Below, one piece after another: positions 20,539 through 29,908 of a DNA stretch of 64,000 nucleotides. Every line of letters begins with the position of its first letter. Within the stretch, counting starts at the first letter, position 1. The translations under genes and the position numbers were made by a program. The notes beneath the pieces were generated by a model, which ran no database searches, was not told the origin of the DNA, and saw only the letters and a program-made list of their open reading frames with translations. Location of the stretch: NCBI GenBank assembly GCA_965369865.1, contig CBDURU010000002.1, forward strand, positions 1 to 64,000. Direction: 5' to 3'. This DNA is from an uncultured bacterium. GTDB taxonomy: Bacteria; JAJVIF01; JAPKYR01.

Positions 20539-20847
20539 GGTGACAATCTTCGAGATCATATGACTCCAATAGAGCTTGCCCATACTATGCTTGGGGAAGT
20601 TACCACTACCGCATTTACACAGGCACGAGACACTTATGGATTCAATGAAAATAAAGAAGCTGCAACAGACGGTGGGAAAATTGCCGGAAATGCGCGCAAA
20701 AATATCGAAGATAAATTAGGAGAATCTGTGGTTTCAGAACAAAACTACTTAACCAAATCACAGAAATCTAAACGACTCTCTATGCCTGATGTCGATCCTG
20801 CGAAAGCACTCGAAGCCTTCATGGAAGTATCACCAAAAAAGAAATGA
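20539..20847 (+). pseudogene. C-terminal remnant of a Bro-N/phage-antirepressor-type protein
   Basis: In-frame GDNLRDHMTPIEL..TMLGEVTTT...GFNENKEAA..GGKIAGNARK..E..LGESVVS..NYL; an in-frame TAA (20536-20538) lies directly upstream, so the N-terminal DNA-binding part is missing. Confidence 0.7.
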
Positions 20848-21007
20848 TACGAAATAGAGAAAATTAATATAATATATCGTATAATCCAATTTTTATTTAT
20901 TATTTTGTGCTATATAGTTGCATTTTTAGGTCTAATCATTTATAATTCTTATGTACAAGGCAAAATACCCTCAAATGAGGATATTTTCAGTATATAGTTG
21001 TCAAGGG

Positions 21008-21036
21008 TTGACAAGGGTTATAAAAGGTTTTATATT
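21008..21036 (+). promoter_or_regulatory. Sigma70-type promoter pointing antisense into the tRNA-like gene
   Basis: TTGACA-17 nt-TATATT; the -35 box is half of the palindrome TTGTCAA-GGG-TTGACAA (20998-21014). Confidence 0.6.
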
Positions 21037-21078
21037 TCTAAAGCGTCAGTTTGTAGTTGACGCAATCGATAATTAAAA

Positions 21079-21151
21079 TGCGCCTGCCGGGAGTCGAACC
21101 CGGAGCTAATTGTGAGCTAGACAATTGCTTTATCCGTTAAGCTACAGGCGC
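21079..21151 (-). tRNA. tRNA-like gene, anticodon AGC, Arg-type body, amino-acid identity undetermined; CCA not encoded
   Basis: GCGCCTG-TA-GCTT-AACGGATA-AAGC-A-ATTGT-CTAGCTC-ACAAT-TAGCT-CCGGG-TTCGACT-CCCGG-CAGGCGC-A; 73 nt with all four stems fully Watson-Crick. Confidence 0.85.
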
Positions 21152-21200
21152 ATGTTTATCTAAAACGCCTCTCGCCTATCAGCTTAGGGCGTTTGTATTC

Positions 21201-21307
21201 ATTGATGATGGCTAGAATCGAACTCCAGCCACCACCAATTAAGTTAACGACTCATATGAGTCACGTTGAAAGTCCGCTGGAGAGGCTCACGATAAGTGAA
21301 CCCCTCC
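21201..21307 (-). ncRNA. Structured non-coding segment 5' of the tRNA-like gene (T-loop minihelix plus hairpins)
   Basis: ATTGGTGGTGGCTGGAG-TTCGATT-CTAGCCATCATCAAT and GGAGGGGTTCAC-ttatc-GTGAGCCTCTCC; the imperfect positions are G:U on the minus strand. Confidence 0.5.
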
Positions 21308-21584
21308 GTTTGACTGTCAATGTTCATTTAAATGCCCCTCATGATTTGATCGTCCGGGGGGTATTTCTTTCTGCATTCTAAGATACACGACACAAAAGGA
21401 AAAATCCACTTTTTTGTTTCAACAAAATTCAACACTTGATAGGCGGTTCAATTCGATCCGGTTCTGGGGGGATATCAATACCCGAATGAGTAATGAATTA
21501 TTTGGCAATACTTATGGGTTTGTCAAGTGAATAGTTCCGATAAAATATTGATTCATATCAGGCACTCCCGTTACACTGGTCTCG

Positions 21585-21617
21585 GACCGCTCGCTGACGA
21601 TCGCGGCTCCGATACGG
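21585..21617. repeat. Degenerate CCACTCCCTGACGGTCGCGG-family REP-like copy
   Basis: gaccgctcgctgacgatcgcggctccgatacgg aligns with the units at 24772-24995. Confidence 0.75.
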
Positions 21618-21627
21618 TATTCCCTGG

Positions 21628-22602
21628 CTACAACAATCCCATAACCGCAAGCGCGTTTCTCCGGAGCCGTTCTCTTCCGGCGCGTCGAATCGGTGTGCCA
21701 GTTGTCAACTTGTCGAATTCCTCTTCCGTCAGTTGGCTGAGTAACTGGAGATCAGGAACAACGAGGCCATCGCGTGGCTGAAAATCCTTATGGCGGGTTG
21801 GTTTTGCGAACCGGTTCCACGGGCAAACGTCCTGGCAGGTATCGCAACCGTAAACCCATCCGTTCAGCGATTCCTTATACCTGTTGGGGAGGTTTCCCTT
21901 GTGCTCGATTGTCAGGTAGCTGATACAGGCACGCGAGTCGATCTCACAATCATTCCTGATCGCGCTTGTCGGGCACTTTTCGATACATATCCTGCATTTG
22001 CCGCATTGACTTGACTGCTCGCGATCGTATTCACCCTCGAATTCCAGGGTTGTCAAGAGAGCGCCAAGAAAAACCCACGACCCGAATTCACGGGTAATAA
22101 GCAATGAATTTTTACCTATCCAGCCAAGCCCGGCACGGAACGCCCAGATTTTATCTCTGAATGGACTGAAATCAACCGCAATCCTGAATTCAGCATCCTG
22201 AGTTCCCTCATCTTTTGCCGATTCAGCGATGGAATCCTGGATATTACCGAGTATTTTACCCAGGACTTTGTGATAATCGCGTCCCCAGGCATAACGGGAG
22301 ATTTTCGGGAAGTTCGGAAAATTAAAATGCAATTGCGGAGTGTAATAATTTACAGCTATAGCGATTATTGATTTGCAGCCTGGCAGTAATTTCCCCGGAT
22401 CGTTCCGAACATCTACATCCTTCTGCAGCCATCCCATCCCGGCGTTGTAATTCAGGCGCAGCCATTTGTCAAAGGCCCTGGCCTCCTCGTCGAGCTCAGC
22501 GGATACCGTTATACCGACCAGGTCGGCCCCGCAATCAATCGCACAGGTTTTTACGTCCTCGACTTTCAGAACGCCTGGATCCTCCTCCCCCGTATAACTC
22601 AT
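21628..22602 (-). CDS. queG: tRNA epoxyqueuosine(34) reductase
   Basis: ISRYAWGRDYH, AGLGWIGKN, CGKCRICIEKCPT, CISYLTIE, GCDTCQDVCPWN. Confidence 0.95.
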   Translation of the reverse strand: MSYTGEEDPGVLKVEDVKTCAIDCGADLVGITVSAELDEEARAFDKWLRLNYNAGMGWLQKDVDVRNDPGKLLPGCKSIIAIAVNYYTPQLHFNFPNFPKISRYAWGRDYHKVLGKILGNIQDSIAESAKDEGTQDAEFRIAVDFSPFRDKIWAFRAGLGWIGKNSLLITREFGSWVFLGALLTTLEFEGEYDREQSSQCGKCRICIEKCPTSAIRNDCEIDSRACISYLTIEHKGNLPNRYKESLNGWVYGCDTCQDVCPWNRFAKPTRHKDFQPRDGLVVPDLQLLSQLTEEEFDKLTTGTPIRRAGRERLRRNALAVMGLL

Positions 22603-22665
22603 TGAACCTTTAAAAAAAAAGTAAATGACGTTAGAATATTGAGCACTTTAAAAAAAGTTTACCAT

Positions 22666-23328
22666 TTACGCCATATCATAGACAGCCTTTACCGCAGCTT
22701 CGATTCCCGGCTGAATATCGCCGATCCCGGGCCCGAGCATGTACGCTGGAGTGGTTACGATCTTGTGCCCTTCATCAATAACACACTTCTCGACCGGACA
22801 ATCGACATGCACCTGTCCAAAATCGTTAATATTGGCGGCAGTCCCGGGATCGTTTCCGATAGTCATCCTCACACCTGAAATGTTAAGTTCCCTGAGAGCC
22901 GCCGCAAGAGATGCGGGCGTTATACATATCGCCGCGATCGGTTTACGAGCCTGGTAAAGGCCGCCTATCAACTTCAACACGGTGGGTTCGACAGTGCAAT
23001 CAACGCCTTTGACAGCGAAATCAGAAAGATGTTCTGCCCCGCCAGACCCTCCCGGACACACAAGTCCGTCCATGTCATCGGCGCTCACACCGGCAATATC
23101 GGTGATGTCACCTCGTGTTATCCTGGCGGACTCGACCATCGTATTACGGATTTCGCCGGATGGTTCGCCGGTTACATGATCGATAACCTCGAAATCCTTA
23201 TTTACGGAAAGATAGAGAATTTCCGCTCCCAGCTTGTTTAAAGCAAGAATTGATAGAGTAGCCTCATGGATTTCCGATCCGTCCTTGACTCCACACCCGG
23301 TCAGAAGTAATCCAATTCGTTTCGCCAT
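22666..23328 (-). CDS. elbB: Glyoxalase ElbB (DJ-1/PfpI superfamily)
   Basis: LTGCGVKDGSEIHE, RNTMVESARITRG, AICITP, IVTTPAYM. Confidence 0.93.
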   Translation of the reverse strand: MAKRIGLLLTGCGVKDGSEIHEATLSILALNKLGAEILYLSVNKDFEVIDHVTGEPSGEIRNTMVESARITRGDITDIAGVSADDMDGLVCPGGSGGAEHLSDFAVKGVDCTVEPTVLKLIGGLYQARKPIAAICITPASLAAALRELNISGVRMTIGNDPGTAANINDFGQVHVDCPVEKCVIDEGHKIVTTPAYMLGPGIGDIQPGIEAAVKAVYDMA

Positions 23329-23427
23329 GTCTTTCTCCTCCGATAATTATTAACAATTGAGCATATCATAAGGATTTTGGTCTCAGAAGAAAAAAATTCG
23401 GTTTTTTAGGTTTAGTAGTTAAAGTCC

Positions 23428-23455
23428 TTGACACCTCCAATATATATGGCATAGT
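23428..23455 (+). promoter_or_regulatory. Possible sigma70 promoter for the Rrf2-ferredoxin operon
   Basis: TTGACA-16 nt-(TG-G)CATAGT. Confidence 0.4.
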
Positions 23456-23490
23456 GGTTCCGGATTTCTTTTATAAAAGGGGTGGCATTC

Positions 23491-23895
23491 ATGGCCACGA
23501 TTCTTAAAATTTCTGACGCAGCGACACTTGCATTCCATATGATGGTAATTATTGCAGGTGCAGAAGGCAGGCTTGTAACCGCGAAAGAGGGCGCCCGGGA
23601 ACTTCATGTTTCTGAAGCGCATATGAGCAAGGTAATGCAGCGACTTGTCAAACATGGACTGGTCAAGTCGATACGCGGGCCTGGAGGCGGATTTCGTTTA
23701 ATAAGTAACCCGGAGAACATCAGCATACTTCAGGTATACGAAGCGATCGATGGGCCATTGACGGAAGATACATGCCTTTTGAACAAGAAGTTATGCACCA
23801 GACAGAACTGCATCATGAGCGACATGATTGGATCCGTAAACATGAAAGTACGTGAGTATTTTGTAAATACAAATCTGGCAATGCTAATGGAATAA
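23491..23895 (+). CDS. Rrf2-family transcriptional regulator with three Cys
   Basis: SEAHMSKVMQRL, VKSIRGPGGGF, ISILQVYEAIDG, CLL..KLC...NC. Confidence 0.92.
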   Translation: MATILKISDAATLAFHMMVIIAGAEGRLVTAKEGARELHVSEAHMSKVMQRLVKHGLVKSIRGPGGGFRLISNPENISILQVYEAIDGPLTEDTCLLNKKLCTRQNCIMSDMIGSVNMKVREYFVNTNLAMLME

Positions 23896-23906
23896 GGAAT
23901 ATTTTG

Positions 23907-24671
23907 ATGCTTACAGTGCGAAAAATCGTACAAATAGACGAGGAAAAATGCGATGGCTGCGGATTGTGCGTGCCATCGTGCGCGGAGGGAGCGATCCAGA
24001 TAATCGACGGGAAAGCCAGGGTTATCGATGATTCGTTCTGTGACGGGCTTGGCGCCTGTCTCGGGGACTGTCCCCAGGGAGCAATCACGATCATAGAAAG
24101 GGAAGCTCCGGCGTTCGATGAAGAAGCGGTGGGGATACATCTTGCCGAGATTGCTAAGAAAGAAGCTCTAACCCCTGCTCCCGCACCGAAATCGCGTGTT
24201 TGTGGATGTCCGGGATCAGCGATGAGGACATTCGCTAAGGAAGCTCCGAAAGCAGCATTTCAAACGCAGGAGGCTCCTGTTGCAGTCATGGAATCAGCCC
24301 TGACAACATGGCCGGTGCAATTGATGCTCGTACCTCCGGTCGCGCCATTCCTTAAAAATGCCGATATTTTAATTACTGCTGACTGTGTGCCGTTCGCCCT
24401 GCCCGATTTCCATCAGCGGTTTTTAAATGGTCGTATCGTGCTGGTGGGTTGTCCGAAGCTCGATGATATCCAGCATTACCGGGAAAAACTCGAAGCGATT
24501 TTCAAAGAAGCTGAACCGAAAAGCGTGACTGTGCTCCGGATGGAAGTTCCGTGCTGTACCGGGATCGCGATGGCAACGAAAGAAGCTCTTGATGCGGTCG
24601 GGAACGGAACACCATTTGAATCAAAAATCATCGGAGTCCAGGGAGATATCCGGGAGGACCGGAACCTGTAG
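23907..24671 (+). CDS. 4Fe-4S ferredoxin-domain protein (2x CxxCxxCxxxC-type plus Cys-rich C-terminal domain)
   Basis: CDGCGLCVPSCAEGAI, CDGLGACLGDCP, GCPGS, WPVQL, ADC, GCPKLD, MEVPCC. Confidence 0.9.
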   Translation: MLTVRKIVQIDEEKCDGCGLCVPSCAEGAIQIIDGKARVIDDSFCDGLGACLGDCPQGAITIIEREAPAFDEEAVGIHLAEIAKKEALTPAPAPKSRVCGCPGSAMRTFAKEAPKAAFQTQEAPVAVMESALTTWPVQLMLVPPVAPFLKNADILITADCVPFALPDFHQRFLNGRIVLVGCPKLDDIQHYREKLEAIFKEAEPKSVTVLRMEVPCCTGIAMATKEALDAVGNGTPFESKIIGVQGDIREDRNL

Positions 24672-24712
24672 AAAATAACGCTGGAGGGTCCAGCGAAAAA
24701 ATAGAATTACAC

Positions 24713-24743
24713 AAAAGCACCGGCAGAAAGCCGGTGTTATTTT
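24713..24743 (+). terminator. Intrinsic (possibly bidirectional) terminator
   Basis: AAAAGCACCGGC-agaaa-GCCGGTGTTATTTT. Confidence 0.75.
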
Positions 24744-24771
24744 ATTGTCGGGTGGATTGTTGCCTGGCAGG

Positions 24772-24995
24772 CCACTCACTAACGTTCGTGGTACTGATGC
24801 GGTTCGTTCGGACTAAGGCCACTCCCTGACGGTCGCGGTACTGTGAATATTCACTCCCTGACGGTCGCGGCTCTGATACGGTTCGTGGTACTGTGAATGT
24901 CCACTCCCTGACGGTCGCGGCTCTGATACGGTTCGTGGTACTGTGAATGTCCACTTCCTGACGGTCGCGGCTCTGATGCGGTTCGTTCGGACTAA
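24772..24995. repeat. Five tandem CCACTC(C/A)CT..CG.TCGCGG REP-like units, including two near-identical 50-bp units
   Basis: Units start at 24772, 24819, 24851, 24901 and 24951; the last overlaps the acs stop codon. Confidence 0.9.
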
Positions 24996-26953
24996 TCTTG
25001 ATCCTTGCCCGATGCCAGATCCGACAGGTTCTTAAGCACTCCATGATCCTCAAGAGTACTCGTATCACCGCTTGCGACTTCACCGTTCGCTATGGACTTC
25101 AACAGGCGCCGCATGATCTTCCCGGACCTGGTTTTGGGAAGGGCTTCGGTGAAGATAAGTTTTTTCGGACGCGCAATCGCGCCGATTTCCTTATCAACGT
25201 GGGCTTTCAGTTCCTTGATAATTTCTTCGCCCGGCTCGATACCCATTTTAAGAGTGACAAATGCGCAGACAGCCTCACCGGTCAGGTCATCCTTCATTCC
25301 GACAACAGCCGCCTCGGCAACCTTGGGATGCGCGACAATCGCGCTCTCGATTTCCATGGTGCCCAGGCGGTGACCCGCTACGTTCAGGACATCGTCCAAA
25401 CGGCCCATGATCCAGAAATAACCGTCCTCATCAGTACGCGCTGAGTCGCCGGCATAATATTTATGGGGAATCTGCGACCAGTATGCCTGCTTGTATCGCT
25501 CATCGTCGTTGTAAAGGGTCTGGAGCATCGCAGGCCAGGGTTGCTTGATAACCAGCCGTCCACCACTTCCGAGCGGGACCACCTCTCCGGACTCGTTGAC
25601 GATTTCGGGATTGACACCGGGAAGCGGACGTGTGCATGAGCCGGGTTTGGTCGGGGTCGCACCGGGTAGAGGGCTGATCATGATGCTCCCGGTTTCGGTC
25701 TGCCACCATGTATCGACTATCGGGCAATTCTCATTACCGATATTCTTGTGATACCAGATCCAGGCTTCAGGGTTGATCGGCTCACCGACAGTCCCAAGCA
25801 GACGGAGTGACGAGAGATCGAATTTCTGGGGATGCTGCTCGCCCCATCTCATGAACGCGCGAATCGCTGTCGGTGCCGTGTAGAACGTATTAATCCTGTA
25901 TTTTTCAACCATTTCCCAGAATCGTCCCTCATGAGGGAAATTCGGCGCGCCTTCGAACATGACCGATGTGGCACCATTGGCGAGTGGCCCATAAACGATA
26001 TATGAATGCCCGGTTACCCAGCCGATATCCGCTGTGCACCAGAATGTATCCTCTTCCTTGATATCGAAAACCAGCTTGGTGGTGTGGTAGGTTCCGACCA
26101 TGTATCCACCGGTTGAATGCTGGACACCCTTGGGTTTTCCAGTTGAACCGGAAGTATAGAGGATAAACAGCGGATGGGTGGATTCGACCGGCGTGGCCTC
26201 GCATACTCCGCTCTGGCCGTCTATCAGGTCATGCCACCAGATATCCTTATCATCGATCCAGTCAACCGGTCCACCGACGCGTTTAACGACTATATTCTTC
26301 TCAATTGTCGGGCAGTTTTTGATTGCTTCATCGGTGTTAGCCTTGAGCGGAACATGCTTGCCTCGACGCCAGCCCTGGTCGGCGCAGATGACAATCTTAG
26401 CTCCGACATCGTTGATCCTGTCCTTCAGGGCTTCAGCGGAAAACCCGCCGAAAACTATCGAATGCGGTGCCCCTATTCTGGCGCAGCCAAGCATAGCGAT
26501 AGCAAGCTCGGGAATCATCGGCATGTAAAGGCAGACACGGTCGCCTTTCTCGACACCCAGGCTTTTCAAGCCGTTGGCGAACCTGCACACCTCATGGTGA
26601 AGCTGCTGATAAGTGAAAGTCCTCTGATCCCCCGGCTCGCCTTCCCAGATGATGGCAGCCTTGTTTTTCCTCGCGGTTTCGAGATGCCTGTCGAGGCAGT
26701 TATAGCTGATGTTTGTAACTCCGCCTTTGAACCATTCGGCAAATGGCTCGTTCCATACAAGAACCTCCTTAGGCTCTTCAAACCAGAAGAGTTCGCTGGC
26801 GATTTCAGACCAGAACTCTTCAGGATTTTCAATGCTTCGTTTCCAAAGTGCCTCGTACTCCTCCATACTCTTGACATGAGCATTACTGGAGAATTCCTTC
26901 GATGGATAAAAAACTCTTGTTTCCTTAAGTTTGGATTCAATGTCTACAGTCAT
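24992..26953 (-). CDS. acs: Acetyl-CoA synthetase (acetate--CoA ligase)
   Basis: [44 protein letters not shown]. Confidence 0.97.
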   Translation of the reverse strand: MTVDIESKLKETRVFYPSKEFSSNAHVKSMEEYEALWKRSIENPEEFWSEIASELFWFEEPKEVLVWNEPFAEWFKGGVTNISYNCLDRHLETARKNKAAIIWEGEPGDQRTFTYQQLHHEVCRFANGLKSLGVEKGDRVCLYMPMIPELAIAMLGCARIGAPHSIVFGGFSAEALKDRINDVGAKIVICADQGWRRGKHVPLKANTDEAIKNCPTIEKNIVVKRVGGPVDWIDDKDIWWHDLIDGQSGVCEATPVESTHPLFILYTSGSTGKPKGVQHSTGGYMVGTYHTTKLVFDIKEEDTFWCTADIGWVTGHSYIVYGPLANGATSVMFEGAPNFPHEGRFWEMVEKYRINTFYTAPTAIRAFMRWGEQHPQKFDLSSLRLLGTVGEPINPEAWIWYHKNIGNENCPIVDTWWQTETGSIMISPLPGATPTKPGSCTRPLPGVNPEIVNESGEVVPLGSGGRLVIKQPWPAMLQTLYNDDERYKQAYWSQIPHKYYAGDSARTDEDGYFWIMGRLDDVLNVAGHRLGTMEIESAIVAHPKVAEAAVVGMKDDLTGEAVCAFVTLKMGIEPGEEIIKELKAHVDKEIGAIARPKKLIFTEALPKTRSGKIMRRLLKSIANGEVASGDTSTLEDHGVLKNLSDLASGKDQD

Positions 26954-27294
26954 ATGACCACCTGTGTCCTTAAAATTTTCCTTTTGAATTGAAATTTTTT
27001 CCTATACAAATACTTCTTAACTACCTATAGAGGGGTTTATTAATGGTAAATTCCCTCTGAAGCGCACCTATATTTACTCCGACCAGAGCACATTTTCAAG
27101 TAAAATGAGACTGTTTGCTAAAATTTTCACAATAATATTGAGTTTTTACTCATTTTCTTGTGAAAATTTGCGCAAATGGAGAGCATTCTTTGATTTAAGA
27201 GCTCAGACGTTTGAATAAATTTTCAGGAAATTCAGACCCTCTTCTCGCTGAAAAATGACTGGGTTACCTGACTAACCCACTTAAGCCCGGGTTT

Positions 27295-28047
27295 TCATAT
27301 AAATTTCTGGAGCAAGACTACCGATGTAATTTCATCATGCTCATCAGTAATAACCTTTGGGAAACATTGAACGGGCAACTCTTTCCCATCTTTTGTCACA
27401 AAGGTTACGGTACACTGATAATCATTATCTTTTAACACGGAAGGAAAAATCTCTTTGAAATGCTGTTTTGATTGCGCATCGAGGAACTCATCGATGCTAT
27501 GGCCTGAAAGTTCAATTTTTCTATATCCCAGAGCCTGGCACATCACAGGATTTAACGTAAGGATCTTTCCTTTGTCATTAAGGATGATTATCGGATCAAC
27601 AGACGCGTCGAAGACAATATTGAATCTTTCCTCAAGCTCAGAGATAAGTTCCATGGCGGTGGTTTTCACAGTGATATCCATGGCAAACGCGCAACTAAAA
27701 TCGTCATCCCCAAGTTTTACCCGGTACGTCCTAACCTCAACAGGAATTAAAGAACCATCCTTCCTTTTATGTCTTGTTTCAAAAGGATCACCCGCACTAT
27801 TCTTTACTTCTTCCCAGTGATGCGGCCATTCGGCCTGGTCATACCACGGGTCTATATCCGCGACCGTCATTTTTAAGAGTTCTTTTTCTGTGTACCCAAG
27901 CGATTCACAACTAGCCTTGTTTACATAATGAAACTCAGCATTTTCATCGATCAGAAAAACCGCTGCCGGGAAATTATCCACAGCAAATCTCATGAACTCC
28001 TTGAGCTCTTGAGATGAGAGTTCCCTCTCATGCGACTTCTCCGTCAT
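27295..28047 (-). CDS. Tandem PAS-PAC protein with no output domain
   Basis: VNKASCESLGY..ELL, RHKRKDGSLIPVEV, LNPVMCQALGY, TKDGKELPV. Confidence 0.85.
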   Translation of the reverse strand: MTEKSHERELSSQELKEFMRFAVDNFPAAVFLIDENAEFHYVNKASCESLGYTEKELLKMTVADIDPWYDQAEWPHHWEEVKNSAGDPFETRHKRKDGSLIPVEVRTYRVKLGDDDFSCAFAMDITVKTTAMELISELEERFNIVFDASVDPIIILNDKGKILTLNPVMCQALGYRKIELSGHSIDEFLDAQSKQHFKEIFPSVLKDNDYQCTVTFVTKDGKELPVQCFPKVITDEHDEITSVVLLQKFI

Positions 28048-28241
28048 GAGATCATCCTCCTATTTTTAAATGTCGTAGATCGTTTTGTGGAATGGAGTGC
28101 CTAAGCTAATAATATTATAATTATTTCATTTGTCAATAAGTACAGGAATTATTCAGCCCTGGAAATTTTCACGATTGTAAATTCTGTCAGTGTTCAAGCC
28201 TGGTAAACAAATGTAGACCTGAATATCAGGTTCCATATATT

Positions 28242-29678
28242 TTACCACTGACGACGGATTGTGTACTCCAGCATAGTTTCCCCATCCGACTCGACCGGGA
28301 TGATAAATTCGACCGTGCTGGCGTCCTTCTGGAGATATTCCATGTTTGAGCGGAGAACCTCCCAGTCACCCCAGACATGGTCCCAGTAAATTATTTCTAC
28401 ATTATCCGTTTTATGGTTGCGAATCGTGACCTCGACATCATACTCCCAGGTGTCATAACGAATTTCTTTGCGGTCCATAACCACCCGCTCACCGACAATG
28501 TCGAACGCTTCGCCCATTAAAATTTCAATTTCCTCGTCTTTTGGAGTGTGGTCAACACGATCCTCCCCGATAAATTGAAGCGAGCCTGACGAATCCTCCT
28601 TGTAAACCCTGATCAGACCTGCCGGAATTGGAATTCCAAGCCCATTTTCTTCGGAGTTCATAAAATTGAGCCTGACTTCAATTTCAGCTTCAGCGGTATC
28701 GCCGGAGTAATAGTAAGCGTAGCCGGGATCGAAAATGAACAATTTCTCAACCCCGATCCCCTCCCCTTCAAGAAGGCTTATCTGTTTCTGCTGGTTATTG
28801 AGGACAGTCGCAAGTCGCTGGAGGGTGTAAAGGTGGTATTCGAAGAACGATTCTTCGACGAAACCAAAATCATCCATGGCGCTATCCGTCATTTCAGACT
28901 TCAGGTACAATTCTCCGAGTGCATAATCATATTCAGGAATCCTGTGAACTTCCCCGGCAACGAGTTTCAGTTCAGCATCGTAGTAGGCGGTTCCGGAATT
29001 ATTGTTGATTGTCACCCATCCTGAGAGATCGAGGACATCATCGTTTTGCCCGACAATTGCCACATAATTCGCTTCCCAGCCAAGACCGTCGGTAAGGTAG
29101 CTCATTTCGCATTCCGCGATCATGTCGCGGCTGGAAATCAGCGACCATCGCAAAGTCGGACGGGTGATAAGCCCTTCGGGGAGATCGTCGAACGTGACCT
29201 CGATGGGATTATTGATGATATTTATCCCCGACCTGGTCTGGATAACGAGGTTGCCGTCGTACGAAAGTAAAATCCCGTCGATTGTACGGCCGTCCTCGGT
29301 CCGAACCTCGATATGGTTATCGATGTGAGCTTCGTAAAGCGCCGCGGTCGATACGAGGTCATACTCGTAATTCTGCTCGAGGATGGTAAGTGAATCAGGG
29401 TCTGATTCATTTACAAAATGGACGCTGGTGGGGTCCATCTGCGAAGCGACGTCCATAAAGATGAGATCAAATTCGGCACGCGGTAACTCGATTTCGCGGG
29501 TGTCTTTTACGAGGCCCGTCCCGTCGTTGTAGATCGTGACGGCCATAAATGTCTGATCCTCGAAAGTAGTTGTGACCTGCGGTCCGGCGATGATACTCCC
29601 TGGTACCAGGAACATGATTACGATCAGGACGATGAGTACGGGTAGAGAAATTAATCCTATGGGTTTTATGTATTTCAT
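28242..29678 (-). CDS. Secreted DUF4139 domain protein
   Basis: AVTIYND, ILEQNYEYDL, LITRPTL.W, SYLT.GL.W.ANY, FFEYHLYTL, FIGED..DHTPKDE. Confidence 0.85.
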   Translation of the reverse strand: MKYIKPIGLISLPVLIVLIVIMFLVPGSIIAGPQVTTTFEDQTFMAVTIYNDGTGLVKDTREIELPRAEFDLIFMDVASQMDPTSVHFVNESDPDSLTILEQNYEYDLVSTAALYEAHIDNHIEVRTEDGRTIDGILLSYDGNLVIQTRSGINIINNPIEVTFDDLPEGLITRPTLRWSLISSRDMIAECEMSYLTDGLGWEANYVAIVGQNDDVLDLSGWVTINNNSGTAYYDAELKLVAGEVHRIPEYDYALGELYLKSEMTDSAMDDFGFVEESFFEYHLYTLQRLATVLNNQQKQISLLEGEGIGVEKLFIFDPGYAYYYSGDTAEAEIEVRLNFMNSEENGLGIPIPAGLIRVYKEDSSGSLQFIGEDRVDHTPKDEEIEILMGEAFDIVGERVVMDRKEIRYDTWEYDVEVTIRNHKTDNVEIIYWDHVWGDWEVLRSNMEYLQKDASTVEFIIPVESDGETMLEYTIRRQW

Positions 29679-29708
29679 TTTGATGTTCCTTTATTTACAA
29701 ATTTTACT

Positions 29709-29886
29709 GCCCCCCTGTAATCCCCCCGCAAGCGGGGGGATGGTTTTTTTACCTCCCCCCAACTTGGAGGGGATGGTGTTTTTACCTCCCCCCAACTTGG
29801 AGGGGATGGTTTTTTTACCTCCCCCCAACTTGGGGGGGATGGTTTTTTTACCTCCCCCCCACTTGGGGGGGATTGAGGGGGGGGTC
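29709..29886. repeat. C/G-run REP-like element with inverted ends and an internal 33-bp tandem repeat (x4)
   Basis: atggt(t/g)tttttacctcccccc(a/c)acttgg at 29740, 29773, 29806 and 29839; ends CCCCCCTGTAATCCCCCC and GGGGGGATTGAGGGGGGG. Confidence 0.9.
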
Positions 29887-29908
29887 GGTTTTTTCATATC
29901 CTCGACCA

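Noticed and set aside
20905..21000. NrdR boxes (TATATAGTTG twice)
   Set aside because: Only a partial match, 80 bp apart, and no ribonucleotide reductase gene nearby.
21114..21121. Amber-suppressor or pyrrolysine tRNA (CTA in the loop)
   Set aside because: CTA occupies positions 32-34; moving it to 34-36 destroys the anticodon stem, and the body lacks tRNA-Pyl features.
21193..21381. 62-aa plus-strand ORF
   Set aside because: TTG start, no convincing RBS, no recognisable motif, and it overlaps the RNA hairpins.
24772..24995. Possible CRISPR array
   Set aside because: The intervening sequences are themselves repeated rather than unique spacers, spacing is irregular, the same unit is dispersed elsewhere, and there are no cas genes.
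24742..25083. ORFs with repetitive peptides (also 29691-29915, 29572-29970, 32503-32886, 32613-32873)
   Set aside because: They are translations of non-coding tandem or REP DNA.
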